Shown in pieces: positions 13,791 through 24,229 of a DNA stretch of 64,000 nt. The position numbers and the translations under genes were made by a program. Within the stretch, counting starts at the first letter, position 1. Each line of letters begins with the position of its first letter. The notes under the pieces are model-generated. The model worked only from the letters and a program-made list of their open reading frames with translations. It had not been told where the DNA came from and did not search any database. The stretch comes from Raillietiella orientalis (lineage: Eukaryota): the NCBI GenBank assembly GCA_036172245.1, contig JAYWIR010000010.1:4464001-4528000 (forward strand). Reading direction: 5' to 3'.

Positions 13791-14180
13791 CACCCGGGTC
13801 ACGCCGGGACGTTTATCAAAAGCAAGCAAACAACTTGGGGACGCAGTTCCCATGGGAACAAAAAGAAGTTCATGAGGGATCGCCGATACGCAGGCCGATC
13901 ACTGAGCAAGTCCGGAGCTGAAGAGAGAGAGGGAAGTGAATGAAGAAGGCAGGGTAGTGGCGGGGATTTTGGTGTGGGACTCTCCTTTCCTCTTGGAGCC
14001 GCCTGGAGACTTCCAGATGGGACCACCTTGCTGCCGTCCTCATGCAGGTGGCTGCCATGCTGGTGACCCCCCCTCGCTGCGAGCGCAACACTCCGGCACG
14101 CGGAGGGCAGTCACCATGGAGCAGACGCAGCACCTCGTTGCGATTACAGCGCCTCGTGGGCCGGACGTACATCTGCACAC
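13791..14180 (-). mobile_element. Short 3' fragment of a Tx1-like element
   Basis: GAVIATRCCV motif; homologous to 6004-6406; ends GATAAACGTCCCGGCGTGACCCGGGTG at 13791-13817. Confidence 0.8.
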
Positions 14181-14229
14181 TCCGCGAGGTGAGTAACCTG
14201 CGAAGTGTGTGATAGTGTTTGGCGGCTTC

Positions 14230-14897
14230 CCGATGGCCTCGGAGCCTAACGAACCAGTTGCAACCTCCCTAGGAGGAGGGAGGAAGCCTCACCACTCGGG
14301 GAGAGGGAGGTGGACGCTGTCCCCTCCAAAGAAGAGTCGTCTTCTCCCAGCAGGAAGATCTGGAACATGGTGTCTGCAGCACTCGCGCGCAGCTGCTTCC
14401 GAAGAGTAGGTCTACCACGTCTCAGGCTATAATCCATGACTGAGATATAAGGTAGGCCCTTTGTATGACCCTGAGGTCGCGCGCTCCTTCTCGGATGATC
14501 TGCAGCGACTGCAAATAAAACCAGAAGAGCTTTGCGCTCTCTCCCTTCTGGCCGGGGGAAGGGTCGTTGAGGTGGCTTGCAAGGACGCTAGCCTGGCCCA
14601 GAGACTATTGCGAACCCCGATCGTGATCAGAGGGCGCCAGCTCTTCCCCGTAATAGAGGACCGTTCCCTGATCGTGCACCTCACCGGCATTACGGTAAGG
14701 ATGACCAAGGAGGCGGTCCACCGGGAATTGGAGGAGTTCGCGACGGTGCACGCACTGTGGGCGAAGCCCTGCGTCTTCCCTGCATACCAGGGACCAGCAG
14801 GTATGATCAGTGGCCTTGCAGCGGCGCGCATTACTGTCTGCGAAGGGGAGACGCTACCCCACAGATTGGACGTCGGCGGCAAACCCGTCGACGTCCA
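14230..14897 (+). pseudogene. Truncated gag-like ORF1 (RRM-like region), diverged paralog of the ORF1 at 14897-16060
   Basis: ORF 14461-14958 aligns colinearly with the minus-strand ORF1 (LQRLQIKPEEL/LQRLNVKEEEL, VEVACKDASLAQRLL/VELTCKDANLTQRLL, LPHRLDV/LPHKLDV) and breaks off before the zinc knuckles. Confidence 0.88.
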
Positions 14898-16060
14898 ATC
14901 GAGGCGGGGGATATCTCCCCGGTGGAGGCCTCTAAGGCCCCCACGCGCTCCAAAGTGACCGAGCATTCGCGGAGCATTGCGCGGCGCTGTTTCCTATTTA
15001 AAGTCTCCGCTGCTGGCTCCACTTTCGAGCCTTCGGATTTCTTAGTTTTCTTTGTCTTCACCGTCCTCCAGCCCTCGTTCTCACTAGCTTCGTCGTGAGT
15101 TTTCTCGACCGGCGTTTGCTGGGAGGGTTCGAGCTCTGGCTTCGGGGTTCGCCTTTCTAGTGCTTCTTTAGGCTTTTTCGTATGCTCCGCGCATTGTCCC
15201 TTGGCTTTTTTCAAAGCAGGGGGAGCCGGAGTTTCACGCTTTGGGCACACTTTCCGGAGGTGGCCCTTTTCTCCGCAGTGGAAGCACTGGATGTGAGGGC
15301 ACCGTTTTTTCAGGTGCCCTGTGGCATTGCAGTGTCCACAGTACTTGGGTTTCCCCACGTACCAGAAATCGACCGTCTCGTTGTCGACGTCCAGCTTGTG
15401 GGGTAACCCGCCGTTTTCGTGCACAGTCACACGCGCTGCGGCCATGCCACTAAACAGCCTTCCATAGGTTTGGAAGACGTTGAGCTTGGTCCAGAGTGCG
15501 TGTACTGTGCCGTACCTACTGAGTTCCTCCTGCACGCCGGTTATCGACTTACGGAGGGTAACTCCAGTGAGGTGCGCTACAACCGAGCGACCCTCAGTCA
15601 TCGGGAAGAGCTTTCTGCCCTCCAGAGTAATGGGGGTATTCAACAGGCGTTGAGTCAGGTTTGCATCCTTGCAAGTCAACTCCACTCGCTGACCCCCACT
15701 AAGCACGGAGAGATCTTCCAGCTCTTCCTCTTTTACGTTGAGCCGCTGCAACTCCCTTTCGAAGTTGAGAGCAGTATTTCCAACAAAGAAATTGCCTACC
15801 TTGTAGATTAAGGACGGCTTATATCCTTGTGCCCTGTAGGCGGCTTGTTCGGCCATGGCCGCAGCGGTGCTGCAGCCACGGCGCTCCAGGTCTTCGTCGT
15901 GGGCGAAGACGGCTCCGAGGAGACGGTTGCCCCTTTTTTCAAGGGGACGGTTGCCCTCGCTTTCGTGGGGGCAATTGTCCCCACCTCCGTGGGTTGGGAA
16001 GAGGAACTAGCCTCTCCCACTCCGATCTCCATCGCGGTGTCCGCAGGCATTTCTGCCATG
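14897..16060 (-). pseudogene. Tx1-like ORF1 (RRM-like region + two CCHC zinc knuckles); one frameshift near 15810-15850; 3' end truncated
   Basis: ORF 14831-15856 contains CGHCNATGHLKKRC and CFHCGEKGHLRKVC (CX2CX4HX4C twice). The upstream frame 15808-16080 supplies a low-complexity N-terminus with TWSAVAA. Confidence 0.92.
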
Positions 16061-16159
16061 AGACACCGACGATGTGCCACACACTCTCACAAACGAAAAG
16101 AAAAAAAGACTTCCCAAACTGAAGCGGTCGGAGCGAAGGAAAAACACGTCCGCTACGTT

Positions 16160-19100
16160 TCGACAGGGAAGGTCGAGTTGGCCAGCTTGTGCTCAAGTGG
16201 CCCGACTCGATCGACCTCATCGTTACCAACGTCTGTGCGACGAGAGGCTCCCACCTGCACAGGGAACGGAAAGGTTTTTCCGACTCCCTGCAGCGCGGAT
16301 GGCTGGATGACACAGGTGTGTGCAAGGTCCACCTGATTGCAGGCGACTTCAACATGCGCCTTATTTCAGGTGGAAACATCGCCGAACTCCACCACGTCAA
16401 CGAACTGTGTGCGTCCGAGCGCGCGGGCAACTTGTTTGAGGGTGATCGGGGGGTGGAAAACAGCATCGACCACGTCTTCCTCGACGAACACCTGCACATG
16501 CGGGTAGGTGGCCGGATCAGGATGCCTCGAAGCTGTTGGATTACCCTCGAATTGAGTTCGAAATTGCTGCCGCGCCAGAAAATCCCCTCGTCCTCCGCGT
16601 GGCGTATACCGGGAGCCTGGATGCGTCTCCCCGAGGCCGTAAAGCACCTCCGTGGCTGCCTGCGAGAAGCAGCAGTGCATAGACTGGAAGACTGGGACTT
16701 TCTCAAGCGCCCGGTCCGAGAGCTCGCGCCCCTGGTGCAGGAGATGGAGCTGCTGACTCGGGAAAAGGGAGAGGTTCCTGCCTCGTTCCAGTCAGCAAAA
16801 GTAAGGCTCCCTCCAAAGAGAGGAGATCTACGCAACATCGGCAACTGGCAGCTAATTACTGTAGTTAATACAGACTCCAAGTTGCTGGCGAAGCTGTGGT
16901 CCGAGAGAATCGGACGGGTGATCCAAACATTCATAGATCCGGAGCAGATGTACGCTGTTCCCGGCCGATTGATGGAAGCCAATCTGTTCCTCGCGCGAAC
17001 CTGGCTCGCGTTGCTACAGAGGGGTGACACAGCAGGTCTGGGGAATCCTCGATTCCCCAAAATCCAGGGACAAGGAGGCTCTATGTCGTGGGTTGCATCA
17101 GGAGCCCTGGCGGTCGCGGTCGATCTGCGCAAAGCGTTCGAGTGTGTCGACCAGGAGCTCCTCCTAGAGCTTCTGGAACTTTTGGGATTCCCGGCCGTCT
17201 TCCTGGACTATCTGCGCTCTAGCTAGAGCTCCGCGTTGATAAATGTTTTTTTCAATGGCCGGCACGTGTGTGGCATTCCGGTGCGGTGCGGCATGAGACA
17301 GGAAGGCAGCCTGAGCCCCTTACTCTTCACCGTCTATTTCGAGTTGGTGCTGAGGTCGTACAGGGATACTTTGGCTTCCCTGCTGAGCTCGTGCCCCAGT
17401 ATACCGGCCGTGTCAGCTTATGTAGATGACCTCTTGCTGCGGCTTACCATGTCTTCTCCTGCAGACGCACTCGAGGAATTCCTCGAGCTGTTAAGCAGGG
17501 GAGCGGGCATGGACGTGAACTGAGCAAAGTCAAGTGTGTGCCCGGTCGGCGCGACGTCGGTTGGGCATTCGGACTGGATCCGTTTGGGAATCCCCACGGT
17601 TCCGTACTTCAAGTACCTAGGCATGCCGATGGGGGATATTTTCTATACGGAAGCATGGTTCGACTTCCTCCAGAAGGCAGAGTCGGTGCTCGGCCCGTTC
17701 CAAGGAGGCAACTTCCTGTTGCCGGAGCGGGCCGTCATTTGGAACACTTTTGTGGCCCCGTCCTCCAACCTCTGCTTTTTGTGTGCTCCGCTCCCCCTGA
17801 TGTGGTGAAACGGACGAAGGACCTCCTTCGAAAGCTCTCTGGGGCAATGGAAGGTCCTGATTCCCAGTAAAAGACTTGTGTGCTCCTTGTCGCGACGAAG
17901 GACTTTGACTCCTGACCTTGGAGCGCATGGAACTTCAGTTGAACTTTCGAAGACTTGCCTTCGTAGCACGGAACTCGGCCATCCATTGGTGCGCTCCTGC
18001 ACGTTTCATCTCCCGGCTGGCGGCCGGTGGCGAAGGACTCGCAACTCTGTTTTCATGTCACCACCGCCGGTTCCCATCTTGCGGTTTCCCTCTCCGGTGT
18101 GTCGCTGCTCTGATGAGAGCGAACACGTGGATTCGCTGACGCCCTGCAAATACTCCGACCTGGCGGCAGGAGAAAGTGAGGCCGTGGGACCAGCTCACCC
18201 AGGTCCCGTCGGAAGTTACCCGCTGCCGAGAGTTTCAGAAGATCAAAGGAAGAACACTGGAGGCGGTGGGTAGTGAACTGACTATGTTGGCCTACCCAGC
18301 AGCCAGCTCCTTCGCCGCAGCGGTGTCCTCCGCTATCGAGGTACATGGCACCTGCCTACAGGCGAAGTGGGAGGTTTCCTGCGAGATCTCGGCCCACAGG
18401 AAGCCTATCGGTGGCTGGACATCTCGTGAGCTGGCTGACGCGGCAACAGCAAGAACCGCCTCCAAAGGACTGGAACGTTGGTACGAACTCTTCTCCATTC
18501 AGCTCGAAGAGTTGGAAGTGCTCACCGTGTTTATGGATAGAAAGCTGCTTCCCCTCAAGTGGCAGCAATCGGCGCTGCCTATACTGCACTGGGGTCTTCC
18601 GTGCAATGAGATCCGGACCACTGGACGAGGGAAAGCACATCGCCGAACTGCGCCAGGTGTGGAGAGAAGGAGACTTTCCCCCCCTCACAGTGCAGTGTGT
18701 CACCCTCCGGGAACTGTGGGAACGTTTCTCTGCGTCCCTTTCCCACCCCGTGGGCGATCCCACAGACTCCTTGAGGCCCCTCTTCGTGCGGGACGCTATG
18801 ACGCCCGCAGCCTCAATCGCAGAGCTGTGCTGCGTGCGCGGTGCCGTCGCGGAGAAGTGAGACGCCAAGAGAGTCCGGAGCGACGGGGGGACTGCCCTGC
18901 AGGCCATCCGCTTCCTGCAGATGGCTTTAAGGTGACCCCACCTGGAAAGGGAGAAAGGGGAGCTCGCCGGCATCCTTCAACGGATGCAGAGACCTCACCC
19001 ACCACGAAATGTGATCCCTTCCTTTCCCCCTAACTAATTTTTTTGTTTTTTTGTTGTTTGTTTTAGTGTGTTTTCATTTTCTATTTTTGTTTGAGCCCCC

Positions 19101-19230
19101 TTTCCCTTGGTGTACGTGATGGCTCTCGTCGAATCCCCCCCTTTTTTCCTAATGTAATAACTGGAATCGGTGAGCCTTTTGGCTCCATCGATTCCTGCAA
19201 GAGGAATAAACGTCCCGGCGCACCCGGGTT
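16160..19230 (+). mobile_element. Degenerate Tx1-like ORF2 (partial APE endonuclease, RT, C-terminal finger) plus 3' UTR
   Basis: APE motifs LIVTNVCA, LIAGDFN, SIDHVFL. RT motifs NWQLIT, QMYAVPGR, VDLRKAFE, GMRQEGSLSPLLF, AYVDD, KYLGMP. Several stops and frameshifts. T-rich tract at 19037-19092; terminus at 19205-19230. Confidence 0.93.
17989..19230 (+). repeat. Inverted repeat copy 2 (1,242 bp), reverse complement of 4762-6003
   Basis: Identical multi-frame translations and matching end points with copy 1. Confidence 0.97.
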
Positions 19231-19568
19231 TGAAATTACATTGCCCGTCGAGTGCCTGATTTCTGTGAAGAATCACCACAGCATCCGTCACAGTGTCCTG
19301 AGGTTCACAAAGTGCCGATGCAGCAGTCCCTTCCACATGTCCTTCAGGGCACTGAAGTTCAGCGGGAGAGGTGCAGGAGCGATTCCATCGTCTCGCACCC
19401 GGAACAGTGCGGTAAGGCAACTCCCCCAGAGACCAGGTGACTGCACTGATTGTACTGGGATCCCTAGCGCAGAAACAGCAGAACAATTTGCTTCCACTGT
19501 ATCGGGAATGCATAAATGTCCACACACAGGTAAAGGACCACCAGTTCTTCGGGGGGCATACCAAGCAG
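19231..19568 (-). mobile_element. Degenerate ORF2 C-terminal fragment abutting the 3' end of IR copy 2
   Basis: LLGMPPEELVV...FPIQWKQ...NQCSHLVSGGVALPHCSGC (cf. LLGVPTEELVV...FPLRWKQ...NQRAHLVSGGVASPNCATC), ending FFTEIRHSTGNVIS at the junction. Confidence 0.85.
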
Positions 19569-19576
19569 GCCCCGAG

Positions 19577-19704
19577 GTGAACCTTGCCGGCCTACGTGCC
19601 AGTTGCTCGGCAGATTCCCAGCATTGTCGGACAATGTAGGGCCGATGACCTTACACAGTATGTTCATTTTTTACAGTAAACGTTCCAGCGTGATCGGATG
19701 ATAA
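19577..19704 (+). mobile_element. 128-bp insertion consisting only of the element 3' UTR end, with a 17-bp target-site duplication
   Basis: ACCAAGCAGGCCCCGAG occurs at 19560-19576 and 19705-19721. The insert aligns to 20923-21050 and ends GTAAACGTTCCAGCGTGATCGGATGATAA. Confidence 0.92.
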
Positions 19705-21050
19705 ACCAAGCAGGCCCCGAGTCCGCCTGAAGGACTTGTGCGCTCCAATTCGAGACGGAGGCCTTGGACTTCTGACTGGAGCGGCAGTTCCAGCGGAGGA
19801 CGCTTGCCCTCTTGGCAAAGTTTTGGAGCACAGACTGGTGCGAGCCTGCACGGTACCTGGTCAAGCGAGCCACCGGCTACATGGGACTGTCTTCGTTCCT
19901 TGCACAGCGGCGCAGACACAACGTGCCCAGCTGTGGACTGGAGATCCGGCAAGTGGCCAAGCTGACCAGGAGCAACAACTGGATCTTCTGCCGGCCCACG
20001 AACGGTAGTGCCTGGTTGCAGGAAACCGTTTGCACCGGGGCCCAAACAAGGAAGCGAGCCCGGAGATGCGGCAACGACTGCTGCACTCTCTTCTACGCTG
20101 CAAGACGTCATTGTGCAACCCATCACGCAAAGGACCTTCCTAGCCGTGACACGACACTGCCCTCCCTCAGGGAGCACTTGCGCAGTAACCAGCCTGCCAA
20201 ACGGTAGGTCAGTTGCGAAATAGGTCTTCGGATGAAGGAATTCGGTGGCTGGACCACGAGCCAGCTCACGGACGCTTCGACCCCAAGTGCCCCATCGAAG
20301 AGAATACTGAGCTGGGTCCAGCCGCTGGGAATCCCACAAAAAGATCTCAAGTGGCCCCCAGCGCTGAGGAACAACCGGACCTTCCCCCTGAAGTGCAGTA
20401 GTCGGCATTTCTGCCGCTGCACTGGGGTATCTCGTGCAACACCCGCCGGTCTCGCTGGATCCGGGGTCGTGGACCCTAATTGTTGCAGGTGCGGAACGGG
20501 AATCCCTCTCGCACCTGCTTGTAAACTGTGGTTGCATTACGCAACGGCCCTCGGTGCACCGGCGGACAATCCCACAGACGTGAAGATGAAGCGTCTCCGT
20601 GAGCGATGCTCTTTCGCCTGCCGCATTTCCAGCAGCTCTTCGCTGCTGCCTACGCGGGATTCTAGCGGGGACGTAGAGCTACGCGAGAGGAGGACGGCAC
20701 GACAGGGACGCCATCTGCTTCGCCCTGCGCTTCCTCCGAACGGCAGCTAGATGGCGTCGCCTGGGCATACTCGGATGGAACTTGCCGCGATTCCGGAAAG
20801 GATGCAGAGGACGCCCTCCAGCGAACAGCGATCCCTTCCCGTGCCCCCCCGGGGTTTTTATTTTTTATTATTGATTTTTATTTTATTTTTCTTTGTTTGC
20901 CCCCTCCCTCTCCGCTGCTGAGGCGAACCTCGCCGGCCTGCGTGCCGGTTACACGGCAGGTTCCGAACATTTTCGGACGATGTAGGGCCGATGGCCCCAA
21001 ACGTGCATGTCGATTGTTTTTATAATAAACGCCCCGGCGTTACCGGCGGA
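19705..21050 (+). mobile_element. Tx1-like ORF2 C-terminal half plus 3' UTR
   Basis: RVRLKDLCAPIRDGGLGLLT, WIFCRPTNGSAWLQE, GGWTTSQLTDASTP, VDPNCCRCG; T-rich tract 20855-20899; terminus AATAAACGCCCCGGCGTTACCGG at 21024-21046. Confidence 0.88.
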
Positions 21051-22334
21051 CTTCGTTCATCTCGCCCAAGAGCTGGTTTTCCGGGCTCTGCTCTTCGCAT
21101 TCCTGTAGGTCACCAGCATCGTGCGGAGGACGTCCGAGTCCGCGGGTCCGGTAGACGGCGCCAGTGTGTCAGATACGTGCGCCAACCGCCTTGTCCGCGC
21201 GATGACCTCAGCCAAGGCTGGAGGATCAAAGGGAATCCAAACTCAGGGAAGAGGAGGAGAAGGGAAAAAGAGACCCTTCTTCCCCTTCCTCTTCCTGCCT
21301 GGATGCGTCTGCAAGGAAGCGGCGCCGGTTGGACTGGCGGAGGGCGCGATCCATCCCGCATCCCCCCCCTCCCCCTTCCCCGATCCGATCCGATCCGATT
21401 CTCGTGCTGCAAGCAAAGGAGGAACCTCTCCGGATTCTTCCCTGTTGGTCAACTGAAGCGCGCGCACGCCTCTCCCCACAAAACCAAGGACTGATCTCGG
21501 CCCCCGGAGAAAGTTCTTGAGGACGCTCGTGGCGCAGCCTCCACGAAAGCGAACGCTGGGCGTCAAACAGTTGCCGCGATACCGAGAGCTACGTGACGTG
21601 TGCCCCCATGGACTCTCTCTGTCGACCTGCCTCGGTGGATGCGCTGCATGGTCTTGGACGTGCCAAGGTCTCTTTTTTCTCTCTTTTTGTCTCTGGGCAT
21701 TGCGGACCTGGGTGACTTGGGGTATGCCGGGACAAGTACTATCCGGCCACCTTCACAGCATAAGGTCACGTGGAAACAGCCGTGCAAAGGACAAGCCGAC
21801 ATTTCGGCGAGCAGGCAGCAAATCGAGCACGCGAAGGAATCACGGGAAGGACTGGAGCGAAACACTCCGGTGTTGACAAGTGTTGGACGGTTCCCGTTTC
21901 CCCTCTCCATCAGTGTCAACTTCACGACCGGGAACACCACCGCTTTCCCCGAACTCCTCTGCCCAGAACTATCAAAACGAAATGTTGGTTATATATACTT
22001 ATATATGGATTAACACTTTCAATGCTATGGACGCATCCATGCGTTCGGCAAATGCTTTTGCCTTGCCCACGCGACACGTGTTAACACTATCCATGTTTGA
22101 GATGGGCACATGCACTTACGCTCTTATAATTCAGTCCCTTGGCAACGACAGTAAACAAAATTCTATTTATATCGGCTGACTGTTGTTGGTTTTTCTCGGT
22201 ATGGCATGTGATTTATCATACCGTTTTTGTGATATCTTGAAAACGTGAATGAGTTATTGGTTTATTCGAATTATAATTTTTGAATAAATAATATATGTTC
22301 GGGGAAAATGAAAGTATTTCATTTAATGTGATGT

Positions 22335-23119
22335 AAGTGCCCCACCGTGACATGGCTTCCCTGTTTTCTTGGAGTCCTTCTTGCTTCAGGAGAGCAGCCA
22401 TGCAGCGGTGGCACCACTGTCGTTGCTTCCATACTGACAAGCGCCTCTCAAGATCCAGGCGAAGGTATCCATTGAGATGCCTGGGTCGTTTCGATCCTCC
22501 CGCAACGCATGAAGTCCGAGGGTTCCTCCCCCCCCCCCCCCCCTCCGCTGGCTGCCCGATGCCGCTCCCAAGTTCCCTGGGCGGCCTTCTTGTTCCGGGC
22601 CAACCAGTTCGCCTCTAAGCGATCCTGTCGAGTTGTCAGTGCTGCAATCGAGGATGCAGCTCGGAAATCCAGGAGGGCGTTGCCTGCACGGGTCAGCCGC
22701 ACTTCCGAGGACACGGTCTCAAGGAGGCCATCTGTCTGCATGCTTCAGATCACCCCCAAGAGCAGCTACGCGGGATTGTGGCCGCATGGAGCAACGACAG
22801 AGGGGGCCAGAACGAAAGGGAAGCCATCTATTCTACTGTCCTCTTTTTGAGGACAGCGTGAAGATGGCTCCATTAGGAAATGAAAAAACAGGAACTTCCC
22901 GGCATCCTGCAAAGGATACAGTGGACGCCCTCCTGCACCCGATGATCCCTTCCCAAACCCTCCCAATTTTTTTGTATGTATTTTTTCTTGTGTTATTTTT
23001 GTTTTTGTTTGTTCCTCCCCCCTCTTCTTCCACTGCTGTCGAGACGAACCTCGCCGGTGTCGTCGGCAGGTTCCTTTTATTATAGATATGTAACGTGGCA
23101 GGACCAAGCTTCCTGCCAC
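22335..23119 (+). mobile_element. Degenerate Tx1-like 3' fragment with partial 3' UTR
   Basis: Homologous to 20400-20970, including the T-rich tract and CTGCTGTCGAGACGAACCTCGCCGG...CGGCAGGTTCC. Confidence 0.8.
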
Positions 23120-23559
23120 CGACCTGTTTTTTTATTTTCATCGGACAAACAAAAAATAGGAGGAAGGAAAGGGAGCCGAAGATGAGCTTGGAGGATCCTC
23201 TATCCTTCCGTATAATGCGGACCAGCATGGAGCGGCGACGGAAAAAACGGCGGCAGGCCCGGAGCAGCGCGGCGAGTTAGCCGCGTACTACGTGACGGGA
23301 CAAATTGGGCGGCGCAGCGTTCAGACGCCCTGCTTCCAAAAAGAACACGAAAGAACGTGGCTAAAGTGAGCCATCCCACCCGAATTTCCGAAGTGATTGC
23401 CTCTGCAGCCATCTGCCCGCTCTGGCGGCCTCCGCGGGTTGCATCAAACGTCGCGGGTTCGAAACCTACCCGTAAAGGATCGAGTCCCACTGAGGAATGG
23501 GTGCGTCGCGTGGGTTTCGATTCCCCCATGCAAGATGACAGACAATTGGGGTGGAAGTG

Positions 23560-24140
23560 GAAGTGGAAGCCGGAAACCGGATGATCCCGTTGACAGACAG
23601 GGATTGGAAGCTGACTTCCAGGTCATTCCAGGAATCAAGGAGCCGCTTTCCTTCAAGGTTCCCCTCCGGTTGTGAGAATGCAGTCATTCCTCTTCCCCCC
23701 CTACTCGAAAGAGGACCCTTTTTAGCGTACCATGGAGCTAGAGGATCGATACCTCTCCAGAGTATGAAGAAGTGTGCTGCTCCCTTCGGTGAGCCCCCTT
23801 CAGGGAAATTTGAAAGCGTCCCTTCGAGATTCTCTTCAGAGGAGAAAGCAAAGAACGCTCTTCCTTCAGGTGGTCCCTCTGAGGAAAATAAGGAAGAGAG
23901 GGTTCCCGTCGTGGTTTCCTTCGGAGACAGCCAGAGTGGAGGCTTCCCTTCGGGGATCCCTGCCAAGAGTGAGAAGAGCGGACTCCCTCCTCCGGGACCT
24001 TTTCTGGATTTATAGGGTGGTCCCCCCGGGGTAACCCCTGACTTGACGAGTTACTACACGCACCCTCGTGGTGGCTTGGACCAGTCTTGAAGAGCTTCGT
24101 GAGCCACCAGGCGCGTAACAGTTCTTCAATACTTGGCGAA
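23560..24140 (-). repeat. Dispersed repeat family C copy, probably the post-RT region of a second non-LTR family
   Basis: Homologous to 33080-33535 (-) and 63540-63990 (+). Shared peptide FILWRGIDPLAPWYA / FTLWRGIDPPAPWHA; PSIEELLRAWWLTKLF. Confidence 0.7.
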
Positions 24141-24229
24141 CCAAAAAAAGGAAAAAAAAAAAAGCAAATAAAACAGCAGGAAGGAAAACAGGGGAAAAAG
24201 AAGAATTCGGAAGGATTTCCATCATCCAA

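Noticed and set aside
16060..16160. HDV-like or hammerhead ribozyme in the element 5' leader
   Set aside because: I could not build the required pairing by eye; an Infernal or RNArobo search would be needed.
15939..17132. 397-aa minus-strand ORF and similar long GC-rich ORFs (e.g. 59178-60050, 19671-20537)
   Set aside because: Antisense or off-frame shadows of retroelement sequence with no domain features.
14884..19251. CCCGTCGA at 14884 and 19244 as a TSD of the inverted element
   Set aside because: Only 8 bp, offset from both junctions, and each copy is explained by the coding sequence of its flanking relic.
19231..19721. Twin-priming inversion at the 19560 strand switch
   Set aside because: The plus-strand fragment already contains the region found in the minus-strand fragment, so they are separate copies.
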